Below, piece by piece: positions 11,884 through 24,346 of a stretch of DNA of 64,000 bases. The DNA lies in contig OZ024765.1 in assembly GCA_964016885.1 (NCBI GenBank), positions 22,134,001 to 22,198,000 of the forward strand. The letters run 5' to 3'. The notes under the pieces are model-generated. The model searched no databases. It saw only the letters and a program-made list of their open reading frames with translations, and was not told the origin of the DNA. Position numbers and translations under genes: made by a program. Origin of the DNA: Eledone cirrhosa (Eukaryota). Positions within the stretch are counted from its first letter, which is position 1; each line of letters opens with the position of its first letter.

Positions 11884-12728
11884 TTATTGAGAACCTGTTT
11901 GGTTTGTATAGAGAATATTAAGAGGGAGGGGTGAAGTTTTTAGAAGAATAGTTAAGGGAGTGGATAGAGATTTTTTTGATAGCAGTGGGTAATTAGATTC
12001 CCATCTGTTGTTTTGACAATTTTTATGGAATACATTATTTGGCGTTGGTTAATTTTCTAAATCTATAGAAGGATTAGAGATAGTAAAGATATGCATGGTT
12101 GGTTTTGTGTTTGCACTTAATTAACATACAGACTTAAATTTTTCTTTCAAGTGTACGTATCCTTTCGCCCACATATTCACACACAAACATATATGCACAC
12201 CTCTACAAAATACATACACTCACATACACATACTTACATACATATATACCTGCACATATATATATATACATATATATACATATATATATGTACATACATA
12301 CGCATTCATGTATATACATTTTCATACTCAACTTATCTTCATATAAGCACACATATATACATACATACTCCTGTCTATGTATGTATATATATATATATAT
12401 GCAAGCGTGGAACACGGACGTTAAACGATATATATATATATATATATATATATAAACACTTTAATACATGAATACACATACATCTAACTATACACATCAA
12501 ACATATATATTTACTTATTTATATACATTTTCACATATATATACATACATATGGTTGCTTTTAGACACATTCATTATAGCATATTTGCACCTATTCTCAT
12601 CAGCATATCTTTCCATTATTTGTGTGGTAATTTAAGGTTATTAATATACATATATATGTTGAGAAGAGATTGTTTTTATATTTTTCTAACTAGATTGAGG
12701 TTTATATAGTTGGGGGGATGTCCCTCTT

Positions 12729-14105
12729 TTATGTAATATTCAGCTTGTAGTGGGAAAAAAGGGTTTTAGTTCGGTGACGGCAGAATAATGTTCGTTCAAT
12801 TCTGTTATTAAGCAATTTCTTCTTGTGTGTGATTATGTAATAAATCTCAAGATTACACAATTTGCAGAAATTTTGGCTCCTGGAAAAGCTTTGGGTTTTA
12901 GCTAATTTCTCCCATTTTAGGGTAAACTTTTGATCGCTATCCCTGAGCGTCCAAGCTTTTTCTGCTAAAGTTGTTACATTTCTTTGGCTCTGGTGTTTTA
13001 TTGAGTAAGAATGCCTATACAATTGGGATTTAAACGATGTTGCCGTTGATCCCACGTAATACCACTCGTTGCCTCCGGATTTAATGGTACACTTATAGAT
13101 GATATTTTTTTCCAGACAGTTATTGCCGAGGGGGCAATTGTCAGGATAGGTGCAGTTACAGTTGTGTACGTTGGTTTTGTAGTTAGGTTTACTCTGGAGT
13201 AGTATTGCGGACGAACTTAGGTGTGGTTTATTTATGTTCTGTAGTGTATTGTCTACTGTTTTTTTTGTGTTCTTTGTACTTAAGTTTTTAGTGTTTTCGT
13301 TTAACCTTCTAGTATTGATCTTTTTTATGTGTTGTTCAAGGTTTAACGCTGTAGAGTATGACAGTCTTATAGTGGTAGGGTTTAGGATTTTGTGGTATTT
13401 GTGTGATGTAGGAAAATGTCTCTTAACTATTTTAAAGAAGAGTACTGGTAAATTTGTACTAATGGAACTATTGTATTCAGGGTTATACCATAAGTACTCT
13501 TTGCATCGCTTTCTATTAGTTTTGTTTGTTGGTTTACTGGTGTGTATACTATGGTAGTAAGTGTGGTTTGGTGCTGTATTATTATATCTACCTATGTGGG
13601 ATTTATTTTGGGTGTTTTGATTGTTCCCATCTATGTACTCTATTTTGTTGAGGTAGCCTGCTTTACTAAGGGCGTTATCGTAGTACTCGGCGTGTTCCTT
13701 AAATACTTGTATGTTAGAAGATAGACCCGAGATTCTAAGGGAAATATTTTTAGGGATAGATTTAATTATAGAGATGGGGTGGTTAGACCCAACATTTACG
13801 TACTTGAGATTTTCATTCAATTTATGAAACGGTTTAATCAGACCAGAGTTTAAATTGAGTGTGACATCCAGGAAGTTAACTACTTTAAGGTTGTATTCAT
13901 ATGTTATAGTTAGTCCTATTTCGAGTAGTAGTTTTCTTATATCTTTGCGTAGTTTTTCTAGTTTTTGGTTATTTAGGTTTTTAACTAGGAGGAGAACATC
14001 GTCGCGGTATATTCCACCGTGGAGATTACTGAATTTTTCCTGGAGTCTAAAGGTGATAAATAACCCCACAATATCAGTTATTTCCGCCGAATCGTTAGAG
14101 CCCAT
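12729..14105 (-). CDS. Penelope-like RT (motif B onward) plus GIY-YIG endonuclease, N-terminally truncated
   Basis: MGSNDSAEITDIVG, GIYRDD, VNFLDVTLNL, SNHP, CNC..CPL..NCL, IIYKC...YYVGST, CKLCNLE, CRHR. Confidence 0.9.
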   Translation of the reverse strand: MGSNDSAEITDIVGLFITFRLQEKFSNLHGGIYRDDVLLLVKNLNNQKLEKLRKDIRKLLLEIGLTITYEYNLKVVNFLDVTLNLNSGLIKPFHKLNENLKYVNVGSNHPISIIKSIPKNISLRISGLSSNIQVFKEHAEYYDNALSKAGYLNKIEYIDGNNQNTQNKSHIGRYNNTAPNHTYYHSIHTSKPTNKTNRKRCKEYLWYNPEYNSSISTNLPVLFFKIVKRHFPTSHKYHKILNPTTIRLSYSTALNLEQHIKKINTRRLNENTKNLSTKNTKKTVDNTLQNINKPHLSSSAILLQSKPNYKTNVHNCNCTYPDNCPLGNNCLEKNIIYKCTIKSGGNEWYYVGSTATSFKSQLYRHSYSIKHQSQRNVTTLAEKAWTLRDSDQKFTLKWEKLAKTQSFSRSQNFCKLCNLEIYYIITHKKKLLNNRIERTLFCRHRTKTLFSHYKLNIT

Positions 14106-14199
14106 TGTTATGTCAAAGTTAGAGAGTCTATCTTTACGAACCCAATAACTGGGGTTATATATATATACTATATATATACTATATATATATATACTATAT

Positions 14200-17100
14200 C
14201 ATCATCATCATCATCATCATCACCGTTTTACGTCCGTTCTTCCACGCTAGCATGGGTTAGACGGGTTGTCCTGTTGTGGGCAGTGTCTGGTCGGCTGACC
14301 ATGCCTTGCTCATACAGGAACTGATCTGGCTTGATTTCTACAGCTGGATGCCCTTCCTAACACCAACCTCATTTACAGTGAGTGCTGGGTGCTTTTTCGT
14401 GGCGCCTACACGTCCACTTTACAGTGTGGGCTGGGTGCTTTTTTGCCGTGGCACCTCCTTGCGGTGGGGGGGGGGGGGGGGCATATTGTTTATATGCTTC
14501 AGCATGTACCCATGGGAGGTCGGGTACCCTGTATTACTGCGTGACGCCAGAAGTCACGGTCGTGTGTCATTGACTTTGAGAGGTGTAGTTGGGTAAGGTC
14601 GGCTTTTATCACCTCATCCCAAGTCATCTTGGGTCTCCCCACTCCGCGGTTTCCATCAACTTCTAGTGCTCTGCACCTTTTTATGCAGCTGTCATCCTTC
14701 ATACGCATCACATGTCCATACCAGCGTAACCGCCTCTCCTGCACGCAGCATTTGATTCCTCTTATGCTCAGTCTCTCTCTCAATTCATTTATGCTTTGTC
14801 GTTCACGTATATTACTGTTACACATCCATCGGAGCATGCAGGCTTCGTTTCTCTCTAATCTACGTAAGTCTTCCACCTTCAGCGCCCAGGTCTCACTACC
14901 ATGCAACATCGCTGTTCGGATACACGCATCATACAGTCTGCCTTTCATTCTGAGGGAGAAGCCTTTTGCAGCTAGCAGTGGTAGTAGTTCCCTAAACTTC
15001 TTCCATCCCGTTCTTACCCTAGTTATTGTACTTTCTGAGCACCCACCTCCGTTGCTAATTCGGTCACCTAGGTAGCAGAAGCTGTCTACTGTTTCTACAG
15101 GGCCCTCCCAGAGATTGGTGGTACTTGTTTCCTGTGGCTGTTTGCTTGCTGTTTCAGCACAGCTGCTGCATGTGAATCCTACATTCTTAATTAAGCTTCC
15201 TGAGATCCCGCTACATCTCTTGTGTACCCATTGTTTGCATTTGGGGCAAAGAATGGAGTTCCTACCTACACCTTTCCTACATACTGAGCAAGGCCATTTC
15301 CCTGAGGGGATCTGGGTTCTGTTTTCTCGTCTACTTATAAGGACCTTAGTCTTTGTCATGTTGACTTTGAGGCCCTTTCTCTCTAGTCCCTGCTTCCAGG
15401 TTTGGAATTTATTCTCTAGTTCTACCATAGATTCAGCTATGAGTGCGAGGTCATCAGCATACAGGAGTTCCCATGGGCATCCGGTCTTAAACTCCTCCGT
15501 TATTGCCTGCAGGACTATGATGAACAGGAGAGGGCTAAGAACAGAGCCCTGGTGGACCCCAACCTGTACGCTAAATTCCTCGCTATACTCATTGCCAATC
15601 CTAACTTTGCTGACTGCTCCCCTATACATGGCTTGTACCGCTTTCACAAGCCATTCATCTACTCCTAGTTTTCTAAGAGCCCACCAGATTACTGCACGTG
15701 GAACTCTGTCAAAGGCTTTCTCAAGGTCGACAAATGCCAAGTAGAGTGGCTTACTTTTAGCTAGGTACTTTTCCTGTAATTGCCTCACAAGGAAGAGCGC
15801 ATCAGTGGTGCCTTTCCCTGGTACAAACCCAAATTGCATCTCGTCTATATTCACCCGGTCCCTAATCAGCTGTGCTATAACTCTTTCTGTTACTTTCATG
15901 ACCTGGTCCATCAACTTTATACCTCTATAGTTTCCTCTATCTAGTGCATCGCCTTTACCTTTGTAGCAGTTGACAATGATGCTACTGCACCAATCTTTTG
16001 GTATGGCCCCCTCTAGTATTACCTGGTTAACGATACGTGTGGTTATAGTGTGACCTACAGACCCAGATGCCTTCAGCATCTCGGCAGCTATACCCGATGG
16101 ACCGGTTGCCTTCCCTATCTTCATATCTCTGATTGCCTTACTTACTACGCTGCCGCTGACTTGTACTGCTGGTCCCTCTATAGGGTCTACGTGGGGCAGG
16201 GTCTCTTCTTCCCATGCATTCTCCTCATTTAGTAATCTATCATAATGACTCTTCCATGCATCTTTCTTCTCAGCACTTGTGAGGGCAAGCTCACCTTTAT
16301 CATTCCGGATACACTTCTCTCCAATGACATCACAACTATCTCTGACACACTGCCTCGCAATCTTGAATACCTCCTGTTTCTGGTCCTCACGTTGTAAAAC
16401 ATGCTTGAATTTTCTATCCTCTGCTTCCCTCCTAGCTAAGTATACTTGTCGCCTAGCTTCCCTCTTGGTCTCTATGTAATGTACCCTGCTCCCCCCGTTC
16501 TTCCATTCTTTCCATGCCTGTCTCTTGGCCTTGACTGCTTCATCTACCTTATTGTTCCACCACCAAGTCACTCTCCTCCTGCTTGAGGTCTTACTCCAGC
16601 CACAAACCTCATCCGTCACCTCTAGTAAGTTATTTTTTAGGAACTCCCAGTTCTCTTCTACGTTAAATGTCTCTATCTGTTCTTCTTTACTGTCGTAGGC
16701 GTTGAGTAAAATATCTTTAAATCTGTTACTGGTTGAGGGGACTTTCAGCTTCCAGATCTTTCTTCTCCAGGTTGGCCTCTGTTTCAGGGCTCGTCTAGTT
16801 CTGACCGTGAGGTCGCTGACAACTAAGCTATGTTGGGATGTACATTCCTCACTAGGGAAGGCTTTTGTGTTTACGACCGTCCATCTGTCACGTCCTCTGA
16901 TGAGGATAAAATCTAACTGACTAGAGTGCTCCCCTGATCTATAGGTGATCAGGTGGTTGTCGGGTTTTTTAAAGTTTGTGTTACATATCGACATGTCATT
17001 GGCGTCGCAGAATTCTAGAAGTCTGAATCCTTCCTCATTCCTTGTGCCAACTCCATGGCCTCCATGTACTCTATTGAAGCCGTCGCAGTGTTTACCTACG

Positions 17101-17860
17101 TGTCCGTTAAAATCTCCTGCAATGATTAGGAAGTCCTTGTCGTCTGTTAGAGCAGTAGTGTGTATTAGGGACTCGTAAAACCTATCCTTAAGTTCGTCTG
17201 GCAGCCCCGATTGGGGTGCGTAAGCTGATATTATTGTGGTAATTGTCTTATTCAGGACTAGTCTGAGTTTAATGATTCTTGCATTTACCCTGTACACTGA
17301 GATTACTTTATCTACCCACTTGTCAGCTAATAGTATACCTACACCACCCATCCCATCGTCATTTCCCACCCAGAAAAATTTGTAGCACTGGCTTTTTCCT
17401 ACAAGGACTCTAGCAGACCCTCCTCTCCATCTAGTCTCTTGCACACAGCATACATCAACTTCCTTTCGCTCTAGCATTTCTACGATTTCTCCTGCTCTTC
17501 CTTTCATTGAGCCTACATTGATGGTACCAACTCGGAGTTTTGGGCATTTGTCGACACTCGTAGGGGAGGGTCTCTGGGTTGGCGCTTCACGTGGGTGCTT
17601 GGTAGCTCGCAGATTCATATTTCATCTATTGATTCAGAGTTGCTCGTGTATTCCCAGCTCATCCATCCATAACGGTGGGAAAATTGAGGGCTAGAAGGAC
17701 AGTGGTGGTGGGGTAATGGCAGGGTGTGTTGGGATGCGCCAGAGGAGGAGAGAGTTAGTTAGGCAGGTAGTAGCAGCAGCAGCAGTGGAAATGGCATGCT
17801 AGGTTTGATTGGTCGAATAGACTATGGTGGTGTGTGGGGGTGGGGGGAGGGAAATTGTGA
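14200..17860 (-). mobile_element. Apparently full-length RTE-group LINE
   Basis: Single long ORF, 3' UTR shared with SINE tails, (TGA)n tail at 14200-14222. 5' boundary uncertain. Confidence 0.92.
14499..17618 (-). CDS. RTE ORF: APE endonuclease, reverse transcriptase and PHD-like finger (1039 aa, uninterrupted)
   Basis: APE motifs GTINVG, CVQETRW, AYAPQ, GDFNGH, LDFIL, SQH. RT motifs YRGIKL, QFGF, FVDLEKAFD, QGSVLSP, YADD. Finger CxxC..CxxC..HxxC..CxxC. Confidence 0.95.
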   Translation of the reverse strand: MNLRATKHPREAPTQRPSPTSVDKCPKLRVGTINVGSMKGRAGEIVEMLERKEVDVCCVQETRWRGGSARVLVGKSQCYKFFWVGNDDGMGGVGILLADKWVDKVISVYRVNARIIKLRLVLNKTITTIISAYAPQSGLPDELKDRFYESLIHTTALTDDKDFLIIAGDFNGHVGKHCDGFNRVHGGHGVGTRNEEGFRLLEFCDANDMSICNTNFKKPDNHLITYRSGEHSSQLDFILIRGRDRWTVVNTKAFPSEECTSQHSLVVSDLTVRTRRALKQRPTWRRKIWKLKVPSTSNRFKDILLNAYDSKEEQIETFNVEENWEFLKNNLLEVTDEVCGWSKTSSRRRVTWWWNNKVDEAVKAKRQAWKEWKNGGSRVHYIETKREARRQVYLARREAEDRKFKHVLQREDQKQEVFKIARQCVRDSCDVIGEKCIRNDKGELALTSAEKKDAWKSHYDRLLNEENAWEEETLPHVDPIEGPAVQVSGSVVSKAIRDMKIGKATGPSGIAAEMLKASGSVGHTITTRIVNQVILEGAIPKDWCSSIIVNCYKGKGDALDRGNYRGIKLMDQVMKVTERVIAQLIRDRVNIDEMQFGFVPGKGTTDALFLVRQLQEKYLAKSKPLYLAFVDLEKAFDRVPRAVIWWALRKLGVDEWLVKAVQAMYRGAVSKVRIGNEYSEEFSVQVGVHQGSVLSPLLFIIVLQAITEEFKTGCPWELLYADDLALIAESMVELENKFQTWKQGLERKGLKVNMTKTKVLISRRENRTQIPSGKWPCSVCRKGVGRNSILCPKCKQWVHKRCSGISGSLIKNVGFTCSSCAETASKQPQETSTTNLWEGPVETVDSFCYLGDRISNGGGCSESTITRVRTGWKKFRELLPLLAAKGFSLRMKGRLYDACIRTAMLHGSETWALKVEDLRRLERNEACMLRWMCNSNIRERQSINELRERLSIRGIKCCVQERRLRWYGHVMRMKDDSCIKRCRALEVDGNRGVGRPKMTWDEVIKADLTQLHLSKSMTHDRDFWRHAVIQGTRPPMGTC

Positions 17861-19160
17861 GGTAGGAACTGAGGGTCGCATGGTAAATATCCAAGTCAAT
17901 ACTACATCAGTAAAATTAACAATAATAACGTCATGAAAAAAGCTACTAAGAGAAACCCTCGAAAATTTATCGCTAATACAGCAGGGAAAATTTAACGCTA
18001 ATACAGCAGGGAACATCATAATATTAACGACAATATGTAGGCTAAAATACCTTCGTAGATTAGATGGATGGCTGGCTGGGAAAAATTTTCCCTGCTGTAT
18101 TAGCGATAAATTTTCGAGGGTTTCTCTTAGTAGCTTTTTTCATGACGTTATTATTGTTAATTTTACTGATGTAGTATTAACTTATTAACTTGGATATTTA
18201 CCATGCGGTATTCTAATCCTATTGTATCTCTCTCAGTTATTTACCATGCGGCCCTCAGTTCCTACCCCCCCCCCCCTCTCTATGCACTTCTTTAAGGCTT
18301 ACTACCCTGTCTTTAACCTAATTCATTCAATCTGAAAATATTGAAGAGATAAGACACTTTCCCATTCTTCTCTGCTAAAATGTACCACTAGAGCTGATTC
18401 CAATTTTCCCAGCCAGCCATCCATCTAATCTACGAAGGTATTTTAGCCTACATATTGTCGTTAATATTATGATGTTCCCTGCTGTATTAGCGTTAAATTT
18501 TCCCTGCTGTATTAGCGATAAATTTTCGAGGGTTTCTCTTAGTAGCTTTTTTCATGACGTTATTATTGTTAATTTTACTGATGTAGTATTAACTTGGATA
18601 TTTACCATGCGGCCCTCAGTTCCTACCCCCCCCCCCTCTCTATGCACTTCTTTAAGGCTTACTACCCTGTCTTTAACCTAATTCATTCAATCTGAAAATA
18701 TTGAAGAGATAAGACACTTTCCCATTCTTCTCTGCTAAAATGTACCACTAGAGCTGATTCCAATTTTCCCAGCCAGCCATCCATCTAATCTACGAAGGTA
18801 TTTTAGCCTACATATTGTCGTTAATATTATGATGTTCCCTGCTGTATTAGCGTTAAATTTTCCCTGCTGTATTAGCGATAAATTTTCGAGGGTTTCTCTT
18901 AGTAGCTTTTTTCATGACGTTATTATTGTTAATTTTACTGATGTAGTATTAACTTATTAACTTGGATATTTACCATGCGGTATTCTAATCCTATTGTATC
19001 TCTCTCAGTTATTTACCATGCGGCCCTCAGTTCCTACCCCCCCCCCTCTCTATGCACTTCTTTAAGGCTTACTACCCTGTCTTTAACCTAATTCATTCAA
19101 TCTGAAAATATTGAAGAGATAAGACACTTTCCCATTCTTCTCTGCTAAAATGTACCACTA
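17861..19160. repeat. ~360-410-bp unit: one inverted partial copy plus ~2.8 direct tandem copies at the RTE 5' side
   Basis: 17861-18084 is the reverse complement of ~18404-18626. Direct copies at 18085-18390, 18391-18750 and 18751-19160 all end TGTACCACTA. Confidence 0.9.
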
Positions 19161-19550
19161 TATATATATACTATATACTATATATATACTATATATATAT
19201 ACTATATACTATATATATATATATATATATATACTATATATATATACTATATACTATATATATACTATATATATATATATATATACTATATATATATACT
19301 ATATATATATATATACTATATATATATATACTATATATATATACTATATATATATATATACTATATATATATATACTATCTATATATATACTATACTATA
19401 TATATACTATATATATATATATATACTATATATATACTATATATATATATATACTATATATATATATATATATACTATATATATACTATATATATATATA
19501 CTATATATATACTATATATATATATACTATATATATACTATATATATATA

Positions 19551-19584
<34 letters not shown>

Positions 19585-19698
19585 TATATATATATATATA
19601 TATATACACTATATATATACTATATATATATATATATACACTATATATATACTATATATATATATACACTATATATATACTATATATATATATATATA

Positions 19699-19734
<36 letters not shown>

Positions 19735-19972
19735 TATATATATACTATATATATATATATATATATACACTATATATATACTATATATATATATATATAT
19801 ATACACTATATATATACTATATATATATATATATATATACACTATATATATACTATATATATATATATATATACACTATATATATACTATATATATATAT
19901 ATATACACTATATATATATATATATATACACTATATATATATATACACTATATATATATATATATATATATA

Positions 19973-20008
<36 letters not shown>

Positions 20009-20107
20009 TATATATATATATATATATACTATATATATATATATATATACACTATATATATATACTATATATACTATATATATATATATATATACACTAT
20101 ATATATA

Positions 20108-20138
<31 letters not shown>

Positions 20139-20149
20139 CTATATATATA

Positions 20150-20183
<34 letters not shown>

Positions 20184-20193
20184 TATATATATA

Positions 20194-20227
<34 letters not shown>

Positions 20228-20233
20228 TATATA

Positions 20234-20267
<34 letters not shown>

Positions 20268-20277
20268 TATATATATA

Positions 20278-20311
<34 letters not shown>

Positions 20312-20343
20312 TATATATATACACTATATATATATATATAAAC

Positions 20344-20388
<45 letters not shown>
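19161..20388. repeat. (TA)n/(TATAC) compound microsatellite
   Basis: Seen directly. Confidence 0.95.
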
Positions 20389-20390
<2 letters not shown>

Positions 20391-21804
20391 AGGGAACGGG
20401 GCCCGAGGATAGGAAGAGGAAATGGCTAGACCATTTTAGGACCCTATTAGGAGAGCCACCCTCCACAGCCCAGAGCACTGGGAAGATCAGGTGGTTGTTT
20501 GAGGAACTGGATATTGAGACAGAGCCCTTCACCAGAGAGGAGCTTCAGAGAGCTAAAAGAGGATCAAGGAGGACAAGGTTCATGGAGAAGATGGAGTGGC
20601 ATCAGAAGAGGTGTGATTTTGATGATATCATCCTGGGGTTCTGTAACCAGGCACTGGAGAAAGGAGTTGCCCCGAATCAGTGGAGGATCAGTAACATCGT
20701 CCCAGTGCCAAAGACGGGAGATCTCTCTAACACCAACAACTACAGGGGGATCTCACTGATGTCACTTGTGGAAAAGACCCTCAACAGGATGATTCTTAAC
20801 AGGATCCAGCCTGAGATGGAGAAGAAGCTCAGGGACAACCAGAACTGCTTCAGAGAGGGAAGATCAACCACCAATCACATCCTGATGCCGAGGAGGATAT
20901 TAGAGGGAGCTAGAGCAAAGTGCCTTCCTGCGGTCATGGTTTTCATTGACTTTAGGAAGGCTTTTGATTCTGTGGAACGTCACTGCCTGATGAAGATCTT
21001 ACAGGCTTATGGAATCCCCAAGAAGATAGTGGACCTGATATCACTGCTCTACACCAACACCAAAGCCCAAGTCATTACACCTGATGGGATGACAGAGTTC
21101 TTTGAGATACTGGCTGGAGTGCTCCAAGGAGATACATTGGCTCCCTACCTTTTTATCACCGTAGTGGACTATTGTATGCGCCTTGCACTGGAGAAACACC
21201 AGGACTCTGGCTTACATGTAGCACCAGCTCAGAAAAGGAGAGTTAAGGCGAAAAAGGTATCAGATGCTGAATTTGCAGACAACATAGTTTTGGTGACAAA
21301 TACAGTGAAGGAGGCAGAGGACTTGATGCAGGAGGTTGAGACTGTGTCGATGAGTGTGGGACTGAGAATGAAGGAGACTAAATATCTGGTAGAGAATGTA
21401 GTGGGGTCTGTGCTGCTGTACGGGTCTGAGACTTTGACACTGACCAAGAAACTCACTCAGATGGTGGATGGGTGCAACACGAGAATGCTGAAGATGGCTC
21501 TGAACATTAATCAGTATACACTGAGGATGAAAAACTCAGAGCTGTATGGGGCCTCTCAAAAGTGACACAGAGGAGACTGAGGTTAGCTGGACATGCTCAC
21601 CGACATCCAGAGTTGACATTGCACTCAGTGCTCCTGTGGGAGCCCCTACATGGACACACTGGAAGCGGAAGACCAAGGTTAAGGTATGTTGATGCCCTAA
21701 GGACAGACACTGGTCTGTTGGAGACGCAGGACATGGCAACGATAATGAGGGACAGAGAGCGATGGAGAGAACTCGTCCATGGATCTCGGGAATTTTACCC
21801 GCCC
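20389..21804 (+). mobile_element. Degenerate non-LTR retrotransposon of a second RTE-like family
   Basis: NYRGISL, FIDFRKAFD, GVLQGDTLAPYLF, FADN, LLYGSET, RRLRLAGH, GRP. Frameshifts and deletions. Flanked by (TA)n. Confidence 0.85.
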
Positions 21805-21862
21805 TATACTATATATATATATACTATATATATATATATATATATATATAGGAACCAGTAAG

Positions 21863-21956
21863 ACCCCGACAGCTGAGCTCAAGCCGTTTCGACGGCTAAT
21901 TCTGGACTAAATGAACATTTATCCTGGTATTTAAATAGCCGATCTTCTCAAGGGGT
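21863..21956 (-). ncRNA. Hammerhead ribozyme, U3-A8 variant (inverted copy)
   Basis: Reverse complement of 24253-24346. Confidence 0.7.
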
Positions 21957-24252
21957 AATTCCATATATGGTCAAAGTGATTGTCAAAAATCAGTAGTAAT
22001 TCTGTGGTTGCAAATTAGTAGGGGAGATGGTGGCTAAACCTGCCAGTAGGAGAAAGAGGGGAGGGGGTGGAGTAGACCCAATCAAGCGTTGGTAGTGCCA
22101 GCTACAGCTGGGCATGAGGTCAAAGAAGATACAGGGGAGGGGGAGGGGGAGGAAGTCGGAACGGTAGGTAGAACAATGGGGGGTAAAAATAGGAAAGAAA
22201 AAATACTGAGAGTGAAGAAAAGCAAATAAGTGTAAAGAAAAAATTAAATTCTACGACCTAGGTGTCAGGCTATTGTTAGGCGAGAATAAAATAAAGAAAG
22301 AAAGAAAGAAGTAAATAAATAAATAAATAAATAAATAAGGAAATAAGTAAAAGAACTAGGTGGGACGAATTAGGCAAGGACCCTTTTAAGAGGTATAAGT
22401 ACGTAAATGATACGGTGACTGGTCAACAAAAGGGGCCAAAATACTAAAGAGACTACCACGAAATAAACAATAAAGGTTTCCATCCCGGGCCAGCAACGAC
22501 CCAGTGCAGCAAAGTGAACTTGTACGACATAATAATTCTGAGTCCCGGGAAAAATATATACTAATGTTAACTCTAAAAGATCTAAAACAAGCTACATGAA
22601 AGTTCGTACGAAATAAAGGTAGAATACGGAGAAATAAGTTCAGAATCCACCCCGCCCAGAAGAAAAGCGAAGCAAGAAATACTGAAACGAAAAAATAAGG
22701 CATAAGTGCCACTAAGAAATATAGAGGGCACAGAGAATAGTGGGAGCGGTCGGAAAAGGGGGGCAAGTATCCGGGGTCTAAGCCAACTGCTATAAAGGGC
22801 GGAGTCCGCCAAATCTATCAAAGACTAGGGGAGGGGGGAGTGGGGGTACTAAGGCTACATGGGGCCAAAGGGCAGCCTCGGGTGGGCGAGAAAAGACGCC
22901 GACAAAGGAGAAGAGCTGGGGTAGAAGGACAAAGGAGAGAGGGGGGAAGGAAATAAAGGATGCGATAAAAGAATACAAAGAAGATCTTACGTCTTCCTTG
23001 GCAAGCAGGGGTTACCCATTGCAAAATCGGCAACTGGGGTGTTATAGCCCTAGTCTACCCCCCGTTCTTGAAAGATGAACTGGTTACTGCATGTAAACAT
23101 AGATTGCGTAGGACTTACCTCGCCCTCAAACCCCATAATGACCCGGGGGGGTAGACTAGGGCTATAACACCCCAGTTGCCGATTTTGCAATGGGTAACCC
23201 CTGCTTGCCAAGGAAGACGTAAGATCTTCTTTGTATTCTTTTATCGCATCCTTTATTTCCTTCCCCCCTCTCTCCTTTGTCCTTCTACCCCAGCTCTTCT
23301 CCTTTGTCGGCGTCTTTTCTCGCCCACCCGAGGCTGCCCTTTGGCCCCATGTAGCCTTAGTACCCCCACTCCCCCCTCCCCTAGTCTTTGATAGATTTGG
23401 CGGACTCCGCCCTTTATAGCAGTTGGCTTAGACCCCGGATACTTGCCCCCCTTTTCCGACCGCTCCCACTATTCTCTGTGCCCTCTATATTTCTTAGTGG
23501 CACTTATGCCTTATTTTTTCGTTTCAGTATTTCTTGCTTCGCTTTTCTTCTGGGCGGGGTGGATTCTGAACTTATTTCTCCGTATTCTACCTTTATTTCG
23601 TACGAACTTTCATGTAGCTTGTTTTAGATCTTTTAGAGTTAACATTAGTATATATTTTTCCCGGGACTCAGAATTATTATGTCGTACAAGTTCACTTTGC
23701 TGCACTGGGTCGTTGCTGGCCCGGGATGGAAACCTTTATTGTTTATTTCGTGGTAGTCTCTTTAGTATTTTGGCCCCTTTTGTTGACCAGTCACCGTATC
23801 ATTTACGTACTTATACCTCTTAAAAGGGTCCTTGCCTAATTCGTCCCACCTAGTTCTTTTACTTATTTCCTTATTTATTTATTTATTTATTTATTTACTT
23901 CTTTCTTTCTTTCTTTATTTTATTCTCGCCTAACAATAGCCTGACACCTAGGTCGTAGAATTTAATTTTTTCTTTACACTTATTTGCTTTTCTTCACTCT
24001 CAGTATTTTTTCTTTCCTATTTTTACCCCCCATTGTTCTACCTACCGTTCCGACTTCCTCCCCCTCCCCCTCCCCTGTATCTTCTTTGACCTCATGCCCA
24101 GCTGTAGCTGGCACTACCAACGCTTGATTGGGTCTACTCCACCCCCTCCCCTCTTTCTCCTACTGGCAGGTTTAGCCACCATCTCCCCTACTAATTTGCA
24201 ACCACAGAATTACTACTGATTTTTGACAATCACTTTGACCATATATGGAATT

Positions 24253-24346
24253 ACCCCTTGAGAAGATCGGCTATTTAAATACCAGGATAAATGTTCATTT
24301 AGTCCAGAATTAGCCGTCGAAACGGCTTGAGCTCAGCTGTCGGGGT
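24253..24346 (+). ncRNA. Hammerhead ribozyme, U3-A8 core variant
   Basis: acccc-TTGAGAA-gatcggcta...tagccgtc-GAAA-cggcttgagctcagctg-TC-ggggt. All three stems pair. Confidence 0.7.

Larger units (their letters stand above)
11540..14152 (-). mobile_element. 5'-truncated Penelope-like element
   Basis: RT plus GIY-YIG ORF, ~1.2-kb 3' tail with a hammerhead, (TA)-rich flanks on both sides. Confidence 0.9.

Noticed and set aside
18391-18750. Hammerhead- or twister-like motifs in the 360-bp unit (TTGAAGA; GGGTAGTAAGCC...GAGGG)
   Set aside because: No GAAA half-core after a stem II, and the twister pseudoknot bases do not fit.
19150-20412. YI-rich ORFs here and in all TA tracts
   Set aside because: Microsatellite translations.
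22386-23823. Mirror-image ORFs on both strands
   Set aside because: Consequence of the palindrome; these are PLE 3' UTR sequence.
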